Notes: generated by a model from the sequence alone, not told the origin. 64,000 nt of DNA from Promethearchaeota archaeon (GCA_048938855.1 JBHLLT010000002.1:288001-352000), one strand, 5' to 3'; positions 29,393 through 39,042 are shown, numbered from the stretch's first letter. Made by a program: numbers and translations.

Positions 29393-30226
29393 TTGATGAG
29401 ACATAAAATGGAATTTAAATATCTCTTATTTGAAATAAAAAATAATGTTGCTATTATTACATTCAATAGAGAATATAAATTGAATGCTATAAATGGCAAG
29501 ATGTTTGATGAAATTTATGAAGCTTTAGAGGAAGCTTCAAACAATAAGGATATCCGTGCTATAATTATAACAGGAAACGGCCGTGCTTTTTCAACGGGAG
29601 GAGACTTTGATCAAGCAAGCCAGGGGATGGCAGGAGATGTAGATAATGTGGAAAACGGAGGAAAAATGCAATCTGGGGAATTAGAAATTGATCTTTCTCA
29701 AAAAAGAACAGTATTAAAGCTACAGAAAACACCTAAACCTATCATTGCTGCTATAAATGGTTTAGCATTAGGAGGCGGATTAAATATTGCCTTAAATTGT
29801 GATTTAATTTATGCGGCTGATAATGCTGAGCTTGGTACTTTCTTTATGAAGAGAGCTATTATTCCGGAAATGTCTTCCACATATCTCCTGCCTAGAATAA
29901 TAGGGATACACAAAGCAAAAGAATTAATCTTTTTTGGTGATAAATTTAGTGCTCAGGAGGCTTTTAAAATGGGGCTCATTAATGGAGTATTTCCTGCCGA
30001 TGAATTCATGAATAAAGTAATGAACATTGCTGAAAAGTTAGCAAAGGGACCAACTTATTCAATAGGGTTAGCAAAACTTGCGATTAATGAAATACTTGAG
30101 GATAAAACAATACAAGCACTTGAGAAGGAAGCTGATGCTTTATTTAAAGCATTTGATTCAGAAGATTTTACTGAAGGTTTATTAGCTTTTTTTGAAAAAA
30201 GAGATCCTAAATTTTTAGGACGATAA
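29393..30226 (+). CDS. Enoyl-CoA hydratase/isomerase family protein (PaaG-like; start probably ATG 29408)
   Basis: AFSTGGD, AAINGLALGGGLNIALNCD, IIPEMSSTYLLPR; lacks the two canonical hydratase Glu. Confidence 0.88.
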   Translation: MMRHKMEFKYLLFEIKNNVAIITFNREYKLNAINGKMFDEIYEALEEASNNKDIRAIIITGNGRAFSTGGDFDQASQGMAGDVDNVENGGKMQSGELEIDLSQKRTVLKLQKTPKPIIAAINGLALGGGLNIALNCDLIYAADNAELGTFFMKRAIIPEMSSTYLLPRIIGIHKAKELIFFGDKFSAQEAFKMGLINGVFPADEFMNKVMNIAEKLAKGPTYSIGLAKLAINEILEDKTIQALEKEADALFKAFDSEDFTEGLLAFFEKRDPKFLGR

Positions 30227-30248
30227 TTAAAAAATTTGTGAATAATCC

Positions 30249-30677
30249 ATGGATGAGAGTAAAGCTAAAAGAATATTAAAGATAATATCCTTAATCGGAG
30301 GGATATATGAGATTATTTTTGGGATTATAATGATATTTTTTATTGTACCACTATTAAACTTGATAGGAGCAAGTATTATCCAATTGGACTATCCAATTTT
30401 TGCTCATACTGGAGGACTATTGGCCATAATATTGGGTTTAATTTTATCTTTTTCATCTTTTAATGTTGAAAAATATACGTTAAATATCATATTAATTATT
30501 TTATTGCGTTTTTTAATACAAATTGTCATCATTTATAATATAATAATGCTCCCTGAGATTTCACTAGCTTTACTATTATTTGGTTTAATAGATTTGATTT
30601 TTGCAATTATCACAATATATTTATTGAAAATATCAAATCTTTCATTTAATATATTTAAAGCAGTACATCAACAATGA
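30249..30677 (+). CDS. Four-TM membrane protein
   Basis: Strongly hydrophobic; overlaps the next gene by 4 bp. Confidence 0.7.
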   Translation: MDESKAKRILKIISLIGGIYEIIFGIIMIFFIVPLLNLIGASIIQLDYPIFAHTGGLLAIILGLILSFSSFNVEKYTLNIILIILLRFLIQIVIIYNIIMLPEISLALLLFGLIDLIFAIITIYLLKISNLSFNIFKAVHQQ

Positions 30678-31402
30678 GGTTAATCAAAATGATCCAATCA
30701 AACAAAATTATTCTTAATGTGTTAGCAGAAAATCGTAATATTCTAATGGAACATGAAAGTAAAGATCTAATTTCTATTTATGATATTCCAGTTGGAGAAT
30801 ACAAGCTAGTTAAGACAAAAAGTGAAGCAATAGAATTTGCGAATAAAATTGGATATCCTGTTGTAGCTAAATTAATGAGTCCGCATATCTTCCATAAAAC
30901 AGATGCTAAAGTAATTAAATTAGATATAAGATCGGATGATGAATTGATCAATGCTTATGAAGAAATTCTTACAAATGGTAAATCTTTCAAACCAAACGCA
31001 AGTATTACTGGCGTGAATATTCAAAAAATGGTAAAAGGCGGTGTTGCAGAAATTATTATAGGTGCTGTTCGGGACAAGAATTTCGGACCAGTTCTAATGT
31101 TTGGTTTTGGAGGAATTTTTGTTGAAATTTTTAAAGATGTATCATATAGAATATGTCCAATTAATAAAGAAGAAGCAGAAAGAATGATTCGAAGTATAAA
31201 GGCATTTCCCTTATTGAATGGATATCGTGGACAAAAAAAAGGAGATATCGATCAACTTACTGATGTTATGCTGAAATGCTGTACTCTCTTATCAGAAAAT
31301 CCACAAATTTGTGAATTTGATTTGAATCCTGTTATTGTATTTGAAACAGGTAAGGGAATAATGGTTGTAGATGCTCGAATTATTTTAAAGGAGGAAGATT
31401 AA
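30674..31402 (+). CDS. acdB: ADP-forming acyl-CoA synthetase beta subunit (ATP-grasp)
   Basis: IGYPVVAK, HKTD, FGPVLMFGFGGIFVE, FDLNP, VVDARI. Confidence 0.9.
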   Translation: MRLIKMIQSNKIILNVLAENRNILMEHESKDLISIYDIPVGEYKLVKTKSEAIEFANKIGYPVVAKLMSPHIFHKTDAKVIKLDIRSDDELINAYEEILTNGKSFKPNASITGVNIQKMVKGGVAEIIIGAVRDKNFGPVLMFGFGGIFVEIFKDVSYRICPINKEEAERMIRSIKAFPLLNGYRGQKKGDIDQLTDVMLKCCTLLSENPQICEFDLNPVIVFETGKGIMVVDARIILKEED

Positions 31403-31403
31403 A

Positions 31404-32864
31404 ATTTCAAAATTAAAAGATTTTGATGGCTTTTTTAATCCAAAGACAGTCGCTTTTTATGGTGCTTCAAATGTGATGCAAAAATTTGGTAGCATCCATC
31501 TCACTAATTTATTATCTGCTGGATTTCAAGGAAAAGTTATTCCAATACATCCAAAAGCGGAGGAGATCTTAGGATTTAAAGCTTATAAAAATATAAAAGA
31601 TGTTCCAGAAAAAGTTGATTTAGTTGTAATGGCAATTAATCCTAAATTAATTAATCAATTCTTAGAAGAATGTGGCCAGAAAGGGGTAACACATGTGATA
31701 ATTTTATCAGGAGGGTTTTTAGAGGTAGGAAATAAAGAAGCACAAGATAAAATGAAGAATATCGCTGAAAAATATAATATTAAAATTATGGGTCCAAATT
31801 GTTCGGGTGAGGTAGTTACTCCTTCTATAAATATAACTCATGTACCCTGGCCTCCAAGAAAGGGGGGAGTTTCAATCGTTTCTCAATCCGGAACTTACGC
31901 AGTTCAACCTCTAATTGCCATAAGCTCAAAGATTGGATTAGGAATCTCAAAAATAATTTCTGTAGGAAATGAAGTGAATACTGATTTAGTAGATTATTTA
32001 GAAGCATTTGAAGAAGATAATGATACGACAACAATTGGAATCTATTTTGAAGCAGTAAGAAGAGGTAAAGAATTTATCGAAACTGTTGATAGAATAAACA
32101 AAAAGAAACCAATAGTAATAATTCCAATCGGTCAGACAGAAGCAGGTACTAGATCCGCAAAATCCCATACAGCAGCTATAACCTCACCCGGTTATGTGAT
32201 TGATTCTGTTTGTGAGCAAACAGGGGCTATAAAAGTAAAAAATAGTATAGATATGTTAAATTTACTGAATGCCTTTGATTCAATACCCCTTCCCAAAGGA
32301 AATCGAGTAGCGATTCTTACATTAGGAGGAGGTCCAGGGACTTTAATGTCAGATTTATTTGAAAGTAATGGAATGAAAGTTCCTATATTAAGTAATAAAT
32401 TACGGGATAAATTGAAACCTTGGATGCCAGAAACCGCGTCAACAATAAATCCAATAGATTTAACCTATTCAGATGATATGCAAAATTTCCTTAATGTTTT
32501 ACCAGAAATTTTATTAAAAAGTGATGAGATTGATTCACTAATTTTTTATGGGTTAATGGGTACTGAATATTTTAAAAATCTTGTAAATGTTCCTGAGTAT
32601 ATGAAAAATCATGAAAGTGTTGTAACAATGAGGAATTTTGGTGAAATGATGGAGGATTTTTTCATTGCTCTCTTTGATGAAATTATAGAATTTAGAGAAA
32701 AATATCAAAAACCAATTATTTTAACGTGTTATAATACAAGAGAAGAAAAATTTGTGGCATACTTGCAAGATAATGGGATTCCTGTTTGTTATCCTGAAGA
32801 AGGAGTATGGACTCTAATAAGAATGTGGCAATACAGTAAATTTTTACAATCAAAAAATCAATAA
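31404..32864 (+). CDS. acdA: ADP-forming acyl-CoA synthetase alpha subunit; probable ATT start upstream of the ORF-track start (31473)
   Basis: The frame upstream of 31473 encodes the conserved ISKLKDFDGFFNPKTVAFYGASN; MGPNCSG, VSQSG, SVGNE, phospho-His SHT, NPIDL. Confidence 0.88.
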   Translation: MSKLKDFDGFFNPKTVAFYGASNVMQKFGSIHLTNLLSAGFQGKVIPIHPKAEEILGFKAYKNIKDVPEKVDLVVMAINPKLINQFLEECGQKGVTHVIILSGGFLEVGNKEAQDKMKNIAEKYNIKIMGPNCSGEVVTPSINITHVPWPPRKGGVSIVSQSGTYAVQPLIAISSKIGLGISKIISVGNEVNTDLVDYLEAFEEDNDTTTIGIYFEAVRRGKEFIETVDRINKKKPIVIIPIGQTEAGTRSAKSHTAAITSPGYVIDSVCEQTGAIKVKNSIDMLNLLNAFDSIPLPKGNRVAILTLGGGPGTLMSDLFESNGMKVPILSNKLRDKLKPWMPETASTINPIDLTYSDDMQNFLNVLPEILLKSDEIDSLIFYGLMGTEYFKNLVNVPEYMKNHESVVTMRNFGEMMEDFFIALFDEIIEFREKYQKPIILTCYNTREEKFVAYLQDNGIPVCYPEEGVWTLIRMWQYSKFLQSKNQ

Positions 32865-32891
32865 GTTTAGCAACTTTATTCTTTTTAATTT

Positions 32892-33026
32892 ATGTTGAAA
32901 AAATGCAATAAATGCGGAATGATTCGATCAACCAAAGATCTAGTTCTAAAAAAGGATGGAAAATATATTTGCTTCTCTTGCTGGAATGTTATCAATAGAG
33001 AAGAATCCAAGAAAAAAGAAAACTAA
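32892..33026 (+). CDS. 44-aa zinc-finger microprotein MLKKCNKCGMIRSTKDLVLKKDGKYICFSCWNVINREESKKKEN (absent from ORF track)
   Basis: Hand translation; CxxCG...CxxC pairs typical of archaeal one-domain zinc fingers. Confidence 0.7.
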   Translation: MLKKCNKCGMIRSTKDLVLKKDGKYICFSCWNVINREESKKKEN

Positions 33027-33035
33027 AATACTTGA

Positions 33036-33284
33036 TTAATCATAGGACACTAAAAAAGTGTATTTTTCAAGATCAAATTTCTTTATTTTAATATCGTCTT
33101 TTTTTCTTCTTCTTGGAGTAAGAGGTATTTTAATTACCATTTTATAATCTTGTAAATAAAAATTATTATAAAAAACATTCTTGAACTTATCCCAATCAAT
33201 AAATTTTTGAATTTCAAGTCCTTTATCTTCAATAACAGGGATCAGAGACATGTTTTTATATTTTATAATTTTAAATGATGGCAT
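33036..33284 (-). CDS. Hypothetical basic protein (probable ATG at 33284)
   Basis: Open frame; a TATAGGGTTAG motif sits 22 bp upstream in the correct orientation. Confidence 0.5.
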   Translation of the reverse strand: MPSFKIIKYKNMSLIPVIEDKGLEIQKFIDWDKFKNVFYNNFYLQDYKMVIKIPLTPRRRKKDDIKIKKFDLEKYTFLVSYD

Positions 33285-33305
33285 AAATTGCAAAAATTTT
33301 TTCGG

Positions 33306-33343
33306 CTAACCCTATAGTGATTATGGATTAATTCTAAAATAAC
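33306..33343 (-). promoter_or_regulatory. Partial third copy of the TATAGGGTT element, inverted
   Basis: CTAACCCTATA at 33306-33316 is the exact reverse complement of TATAGGGTTAG at 33633-33643; similarity extends about 38 bp. Confidence 0.6.
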
Positions 33344-33580
33344 AAATAACTAGTTATTTCTGAACAATCGCTTAATATTGGTCCCATTATAATATAACAG
33401 ATTGTATATTTAAATGTTTCTTTAATGCTTTTTAAAGCAAAATTTACATTTTACATTCATTTTATACATTACCTACAAAGAACCGCTGTACTCTACCCAA
33501 ACGTGTGATTAAATAAAGAATTGAATTTTATTAGTATTTAAGAATTGAAAGAAAAGCTATTTGTTAGGGAATTAAAATTA

Positions 33581-33723
33581 ATTTAAATAATTTAAAAAAA
33601 GTTAAACTTAATTTAAAATTCTTTATATTCATTATAGGGTTAGTTTTTTAATTCTCTATTGATATTAGATTAAGAGAATATAACTAGAATTGGGAAATAT
33701 CCAGAATTCAATTAGTCTATAAT
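33581..33723 (+). repeat. Dispersed non-coding repeat, copy B (promoter/leader of aor)
   Basis: Ungapped ~80% match to 26398-26530; can fold 33631-33723. Confidence 0.85.
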
Positions 33724-33752
33724 TTTATTTAAAAGAAATCTCAAAGTTAAAA

Positions 33753-35717
33753 ATGGCGAAAGGTTATTTTGGAAAAATTTTATGGGTTGACCTCACTGAA
33801 GAAGAATTTAAAGTGGAGACCCTTTCAGAAGAATATTATCATCATTATCTTGGAGGTTATGGATTAGCTGTAAAACTACTTTACGAAAACATGGCAGGCA
33901 AAGTAGATCCTTTAAGTTCTGAATCCATTTTTGGTTTTTTTCCAGGATTGTTGACAGGGACTCCTGCTCCATTTTCAGGGAGATATATGGTTGCTGGGAA
34001 ATCTCCCTTAACAGGAACATGGGGTGATTCTAATAGTGGAGGATCCTTTGGTCCAGAAATAAAAAAATGTGGATATGATGCAATTATTCTTAAGGGAGCT
34101 GCAAATGAACCAAAATATATCTCTATAATTGAAGATAAAAAGGAGATTCTAGATGCTTCAAGCATTTGGGGTTTAGACATAGTCCATGCTGAATTAAAAT
34201 TGAAAGAAAAGCATGGCAAATTTGTTAAAACAGCAGGAATTGGAAAGGCTGGCGAAAATATATCAAAAATTTCTGGAATTGCTAATGATAAGGGAAGAAT
34301 TGCCGCAAGATCCGGATTAGGAGCCGTTATGGGGGCAAAAAAAGTTAAAATGCTTGTTCTAAAGGGCACTAAAAAAATTAATATATATAATAGGGACAGA
34401 TTTTTGGAATTAGTAAAAATATACAATGAAAGTGGTACTCATGACGACGTAAGTAAATTTATCCGTTCAATTTTAAAAAATGTCCCAAATTTGGCAAAAA
34501 CTATTCGTAGATTTAGAATAGGGTTTACGGGGCCTCCTAAAATGATTAGAGAGATTTATAAATCTTTTGGAACTAGCGTAGCAAACACAATTTCTACAGA
34601 AACTAACGATTCTCCAATTAAAAATTGGGGTGGGATTGGTATGTATGATTTTCCATTTAAAAATTCCAAAAATTTGTCTGCAGTCAATATCCAAAAATAT
34701 AAAATTCGAGATTACGGGTGTTTTAGTTGTCCAGTTCAATGTGGTGGAATATTAAAAGTTCCTGAATTAAATTTAGAAGAAACTCATTTACCTGAATATG
34801 AAACTTGCTGTTCTTTTGGTGCTCTCTTACTTAATGATGATTTACTATCTATAATTGAAATTAATGAATTATGCAACCAAGCAGCTATAGATACAATATC
34901 CACAGGAGCTACAATCGCATTTGCTATAGAATGTTATGAGAACGGGTTATTAACTGAAGAAGAAACAAATGGCCTAGAATTAACGTGGAGTAATTCAAAA
35001 GCTATTATTGAATTAGTAAAAAAGATAATTAATAGAGAAGGGATTGGAGATCTTTTAGCTGATGGTAGTAAAATTGCAGCAAGCAAAATAGGCAAAGGAT
35101 CCGATAAATTTGTTATGACTTCATTAGGTTCTGAAATTGCTATGCATAATCCACGTATATTTCCCTCATTAGCTTTTACATATGCTTATGATCCAACACC
35201 AGGAAGACATACCGCGGCTAGTATTGATTTTATTGATATAGGCCCCATAAACAGGTTTCAGAAAGGCTTTAAGCTACCTAGAGAATGGAAAAGAAATGAG
35301 AATAGGAAAATAGAAGGGCAGAAATTAGTTTCGGCTTTTCATCAAGTCTTAAACAGTGTTGGTTTATGCCTTTTTTCAACATTATTTGGATCTTATCCTT
35401 TTATCGATTTGATAAATAATTGTATTGGATGTAATATCAATGTTGATGAATTATTAAAAATCGGATTACGAATTCAAACTTTGCGACAAGCATTCACATT
35501 GCGTGAAGAGATCGATATTGCAAATAATAAGTTGCCGGGAAGAGTTACTGGTCATCCTCCAGATAAAAGAGGCCCCACTAAAGGTATATCAGTTGAGTAT
35601 GAAGAGTTTTATAGAGGTTATTGTAAAGAAATGGGTTGGAATCCTGAAAACGGATACCCTTTAAAAAAAACTCTAAAAGATCTAAACTTGGAGTTTGTTA
35701 TAAAGGATTTATATTAA
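33753..35717 (+). CDS. aor: Tungsten-containing aldehyde:ferredoxin oxidoreductase family protein
   Basis: GYFGKILWVDLT, KSPLTG, AARSGLGAVMGAK, CFSCPVQCG, PEYET, DTISTG, GLCLF. Confidence 0.92.
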   Translation: MAKGYFGKILWVDLTEEEFKVETLSEEYYHHYLGGYGLAVKLLYENMAGKVDPLSSESIFGFFPGLLTGTPAPFSGRYMVAGKSPLTGTWGDSNSGGSFGPEIKKCGYDAIILKGAANEPKYISIIEDKKEILDASSIWGLDIVHAELKLKEKHGKFVKTAGIGKAGENISKISGIANDKGRIAARSGLGAVMGAKKVKMLVLKGTKKINIYNRDRFLELVKIYNESGTHDDVSKFIRSILKNVPNLAKTIRRFRIGFTGPPKMIREIYKSFGTSVANTISTETNDSPIKNWGGIGMYDFPFKNSKNLSAVNIQKYKIRDYGCFSCPVQCGGILKVPELNLEETHLPEYETCCSFGALLLNDDLLSIIEINELCNQAAIDTISTGATIAFAIECYENGLLTEEETNGLELTWSNSKAIIELVKKIINREGIGDLLADGSKIAASKIGKGSDKFVMTSLGSEIAMHNPRIFPSLAFTYAYDPTPGRHTAASIDFIDIGPINRFQKGFKLPREWKRNENRKIEGQKLVSAFHQVLNSVGLCLFSTLFGSYPFIDLINNCIGCNINVDELLKIGLRIQTLRQAFTLREEIDIANNKLPGRVTGHPPDKRGPTKGISVEYEEFYRGYCKEMGWNPENGYPLKKTLKDLNLEFVIKDLY

Positions 35718-35783
35718 AGCTATATTTCTTTTACAATACATTCTTATTGTTCTAAAAGAATAAAATTTAATAAAATTCAAAAA

Positions 35784-36254
35784 ATGTTAAAATCAGACTT
35801 GACCGATTTAAAATCTTTTGTTAAACGTGAATTTATGAAGGAAGCTAAAAAAGTAAGAGGAAAACATTCTCCAATTTCTGAACGTGTTGATAATGTACCT
35901 CAATCTTTAAAAGTGAAGAAAATATATGATCTGAATAAAAAGGAAAGATACTCCTTCTTACTTATTACTAGAAATTATAATAAAAAGCCTAAATTAAGGT
36001 ACTTTTTAGCGATCTCATTAGCATATAATAGCTCTGATTTGTTAGTTCAGTTTGCGAGAGATTTTGCTCTTAAAGATGACTTAAAATTAATCCAATATTC
36101 AATATTTCCGAAAACCTTAAGAATTCAATTATTATTATTAAAGGAACTGAAAAAGGTTGAAGACTATGCTAATAGTATAAACATTTTGAAATCAAATAGA
36201 AAGCTTTTTCGTAGCACTTTATTAAAAGCGAAGACTATTATAGAAAATAAATAA
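35784..36254 (+). CDS. Hypothetical basic protein
   Basis: 156-aa ORF filling the gap between aor and pyk; no motif recognised. Confidence 0.6.
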   Translation: MLKSDLTDLKSFVKREFMKEAKKVRGKHSPISERVDNVPQSLKVKKIYDLNKKERYSFLLITRNYNKKPKLRYFLAISLAYNSSDLLVQFARDFALKDDLKLIQYSIFPKTLRIQLLLLKELKKVEDYANSINILKSNRKLFRSTLLKAKTIIENK

Positions 36255-36347
36255 TTTTTAAGAAGAACTATAATAAATAATATTATTATTCATAATTTTG
36301 ATCATAAAATCGCAATTATTTTGAGAATAAAATATGGTTTTTAAAAA

Positions 36348-37820
36348 ATGTCATTTAGAGAAAATACTGTTAAAATTGTATCGACCATAGGTCCAGCTTC
36401 GAGTTCAAAAGAAATGTTGGAAAAACTGATTAATACTGGAGTTGATATTTTCAGATTAAATTTCTCACATGGAACTCATCAAGAAAAAAAAGAATTAACA
36501 GAAAGAATTCGCGAAATAAGTAAATTAACAAAACACACAGGAATTTTAGCTGACATTCAAGGTCCAAAAATTAGAGTTGGAGAATTTAAGGATGATGAGT
36601 CTTATAGTTTAGCAATCGGTCAAGAAGTTAGAGTCTTTGAAAAAGAAGTGTTAGGAGATCAAGATCAATTTTCAATTCCCTTGCCTGGTTTTCTTAAATC
36701 AATTCGAATTGGGGATGTGTTCTTTGTAAATGATGGAATAATAAAGATAAAAGTCATCAAAAAGGAGCAAGATCACATATTAGGAGAAGTTCTTGCAGGA
36801 GGAATGATTAGTAATAGGAAAGGAGTTAATATTCCTACTGGTGAATTAACTCAAAAAGTCCCTACTGAAAAGGATGTAAAAGATCTTGAATTTATCGCAA
36901 AAATTGATCCAGAATATGTAGCTATCTCATTTGTCGCAGGAGGAGATGATGTCTTACATGTAAGAAGAATCCTAGAGAATTATGGAAATTCTGAAATTAA
37001 ATTGATTTCAAAGATAGAACGTCCTGTTGCTCTTAATAATTTTGATCAAATATTGGATGTGAGTGATGGTGTCATGGTCGCCAGGGGAGACCTAGGGGTG
37101 GAAATAGATCCTGATAAAGTACCCTTGTGGCAAAAAGAAATGATTTATAAATGCAATCGTGAAGGAAAACCAGTTATTGTGGCTACTCAAATGCTTGAAT
37201 CAATGGTCACCAACCCCATTCCTACAAGAGCCGAGGCTAATGATGTATATAATGCTGTTATGGATGGGACTGATGCAGTTATGCTTTCAGCAGAAACCGC
37301 AGTAGGAAAATACCCAATTAATGCGGTCCAATATATGAATCAAATAGCAAAAACTGCAACGGAAAATATGCCTAAAAGGATTCCAGATGAATATGATTCA
37401 GATAGACTTACTCATACTCAAACTTTAGGACATGCTATACATTCGTTGGCAACAGAAATGCAAGATTTAAATTTTAGAGGTAAAATTCTTGTAATTACAA
37501 GGAAAGGATATGGTGCTCGAATGATTGCAAAATACCGCCCTCCCCTACCGATAATTGCGATGACACCATTTGAAAAAACTGCTAGAGAATTAAGTTTGGT
37601 GTGGGGAGTACAGCCAGTCCATATAGATAATATTGATTTCTTTAATATGGATGCTGAAGCGATTATCGAACAATCCGTAAAATTTGCTGTTGAAAACGAA
37701 CTATTAGATGAGAATGAACATGTTATTATTTTGCTAGTTTCAAGAAAATTTGAACTCAGAGGAAACTTAGTAGGGCTCTATTACGTGGGTGAGATTCTCG
37801 AATCCGAATCCAAAAAATAA
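36348..37820 (+). CDS. pyk: Pyruvate kinase
   Basis: KIVSTIGPAS, RLNFSHG, DIQGPKIR, ISKIE, MVARGDLGVE, ATQMLESM, PTRAE, VMLSAETAVG. Confidence 0.97.
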   Translation: MSFRENTVKIVSTIGPASSSKEMLEKLINTGVDIFRLNFSHGTHQEKKELTERIREISKLTKHTGILADIQGPKIRVGEFKDDESYSLAIGQEVRVFEKEVLGDQDQFSIPLPGFLKSIRIGDVFFVNDGIIKIKVIKKEQDHILGEVLAGGMISNRKGVNIPTGELTQKVPTEKDVKDLEFIAKIDPEYVAISFVAGGDDVLHVRRILENYGNSEIKLISKIERPVALNNFDQILDVSDGVMVARGDLGVEIDPDKVPLWQKEMIYKCNREGKPVIVATQMLESMVTNPIPTRAEANDVYNAVMDGTDAVMLSAETAVGKYPINAVQYMNQIAKTATENMPKRIPDEYDSDRLTHTQTLGHAIHSLATEMQDLNFRGKILVITRKGYGARMIAKYRPPLPIIAMTPFEKTARELSLVWGVQPVHIDNIDFFNMDAEAIIEQSVKFAVENELLDENEHVIILLVSRKFELRGNLVGLYYVGEILESESKK

Positions 37821-37979
37821 GTTATTTTCTAAAATATATTATTTTCTATACTATTAAATAATAAATAATTTAAATTGGCATTATTTAAAAAACTTTAAAC
37901 ATAAATAGTTTAAAGCATTTTTTATAAAACAAAAATATTAAAAACTTAACCATACACAGAAAAGTTTAAGGTAAGATAT

Positions 37980-38420
37980 ATGAGTGATGAAATTAAAGAA
38001 GCTGGAGAATGGAAACATGCATCTTGGGTATCAACTCTAGGAAAATGGGCATGGGTTATAGGAATTGTAAGCGGAATTATCGATATTATAATAGTACTCC
38101 CTTCTCTTCTTTTAATACTAGCAAGTCTTCCGCTCAGTGCATTTCTTTTAGGATATCCAATATGGTGGATTATTAGTGGAGTGATAGTTATACTTCTCTC
38201 TTTTGTAATTATAAAACCTAAATTCTCAGACAGATGTGCCAATAAAGATTGGGATGGTCTACTTAATTGGGTGATGTCGGACAGTTTTAGATTCCCATGG
38301 ATGCTTTTTTGGGGTATAATAGTAGAAATTTTTGGTTATGGTTGGGGAGGATTTGCAATCATAATCCCTGCCTTAGTACTAATATTCGCTGGCCCTAAAA
38401 AATATGAGTGGAAAAAATAG
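37980..38420 (+). CDS. Trp-rich membrane protein
   Basis: Hydrophobic segments; T-tract after the stop. Confidence 0.7.
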   Translation: MSDEIKEAGEWKHASWVSTLGKWAWVIGIVSGIIDIIIVLPSLLLILASLPLSAFLLGYPIWWIISGVIVILLSFVIIKPKFSDRCANKDWDGLLNWVMSDSFRFPWMLFWGIIVEIFGYGWGGFAIIIPALVLIFAGPKKYEWKK

Positions 38421-38540
38421 ATTTTAAATCATTTAACTTCTTTTTTTTTTAATTATACAGAAAATTTTGAGACCTTAATTGTATTTAAATTATCCTAATT
38501 TTTCGAAATATGACATATCACCTTATTATAGATAATTTGT

Positions 38541-38945
38541 ATGTACAATTCTCTCAAGAAATTTAACAATAAAGTATATACTGGTATGAGAGTAGGACTC
38601 TCTCATAAATGGCATTATACAAATAGTAAATGGTTTGAAACTAAACAAGAGCCTGATAAATGGAGTTTTAAATTTGAGAGCTTAAAAACTAGAATCAACA
38701 GTGCACCTATTAATACTGGGGCTAGTACCTACACAAAATTTCATTGGTATATCATAGCAGATCAAATTGCTACTAAAATTAATGAGAACGCTTATCTGAC
38801 TTCTATGACAGGAGTCAAGTTTAAGATTGGTCATAAACGACCTTATTGGAAAACTTTTAGTTATAATTATCCAGAACAACTCTCATATAAAGAAAAAGTA
38901 ATAAAAATATTAGAACAAACTTTACTAGAATTAAAGAAAGAGTAA
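38541..38945 (+). CDS. Conserved hypothetical protein (YTGM-x-VG-x-SHKW family)
   Basis: YTGMRVGLSHKWHY, FHWYIIADQ, MTGVKFKIGHKR; aromatic/basic, beta-rich. Confidence 0.7.
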   Translation: MYNSLKKFNNKVYTGMRVGLSHKWHYTNSKWFETKQEPDKWSFKFESLKTRINSAPINTGASTYTKFHWYIIADQIATKINENAYLTSMTGVKFKIGHKRPYWKTFSYNYPEQLSYKEKVIKILEQTLLELKKE

Positions 38946-39042
38946 ATTCTAACTTATCTTCTCTGCTATTCTACTGGTCATATAAAATTTCAGTTGCTTT
39001 ATTCATCAAATGCATTCTAGTCAAGAAAATTCAAAGAAAAAG

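Noticed and set aside
33310-33330. Minus-strand TCACTATAGGG resembling the T7 promoter end
   Set aside because: The upstream specificity region does not match and there is no phage or vector context; better explained as the local TATAGGGTT motif
33306-33643. MITE bounded by the 11-bp inverted repeats
   Set aside because: No target-site duplication seen, and homology to copy A continues past the supposed right end
33581-33752. Moco/Wco riboswitch or SECIS upstream of aor
   Set aside because: No recognisable consensus for either, and I noticed no in-frame TGA in nearby genes
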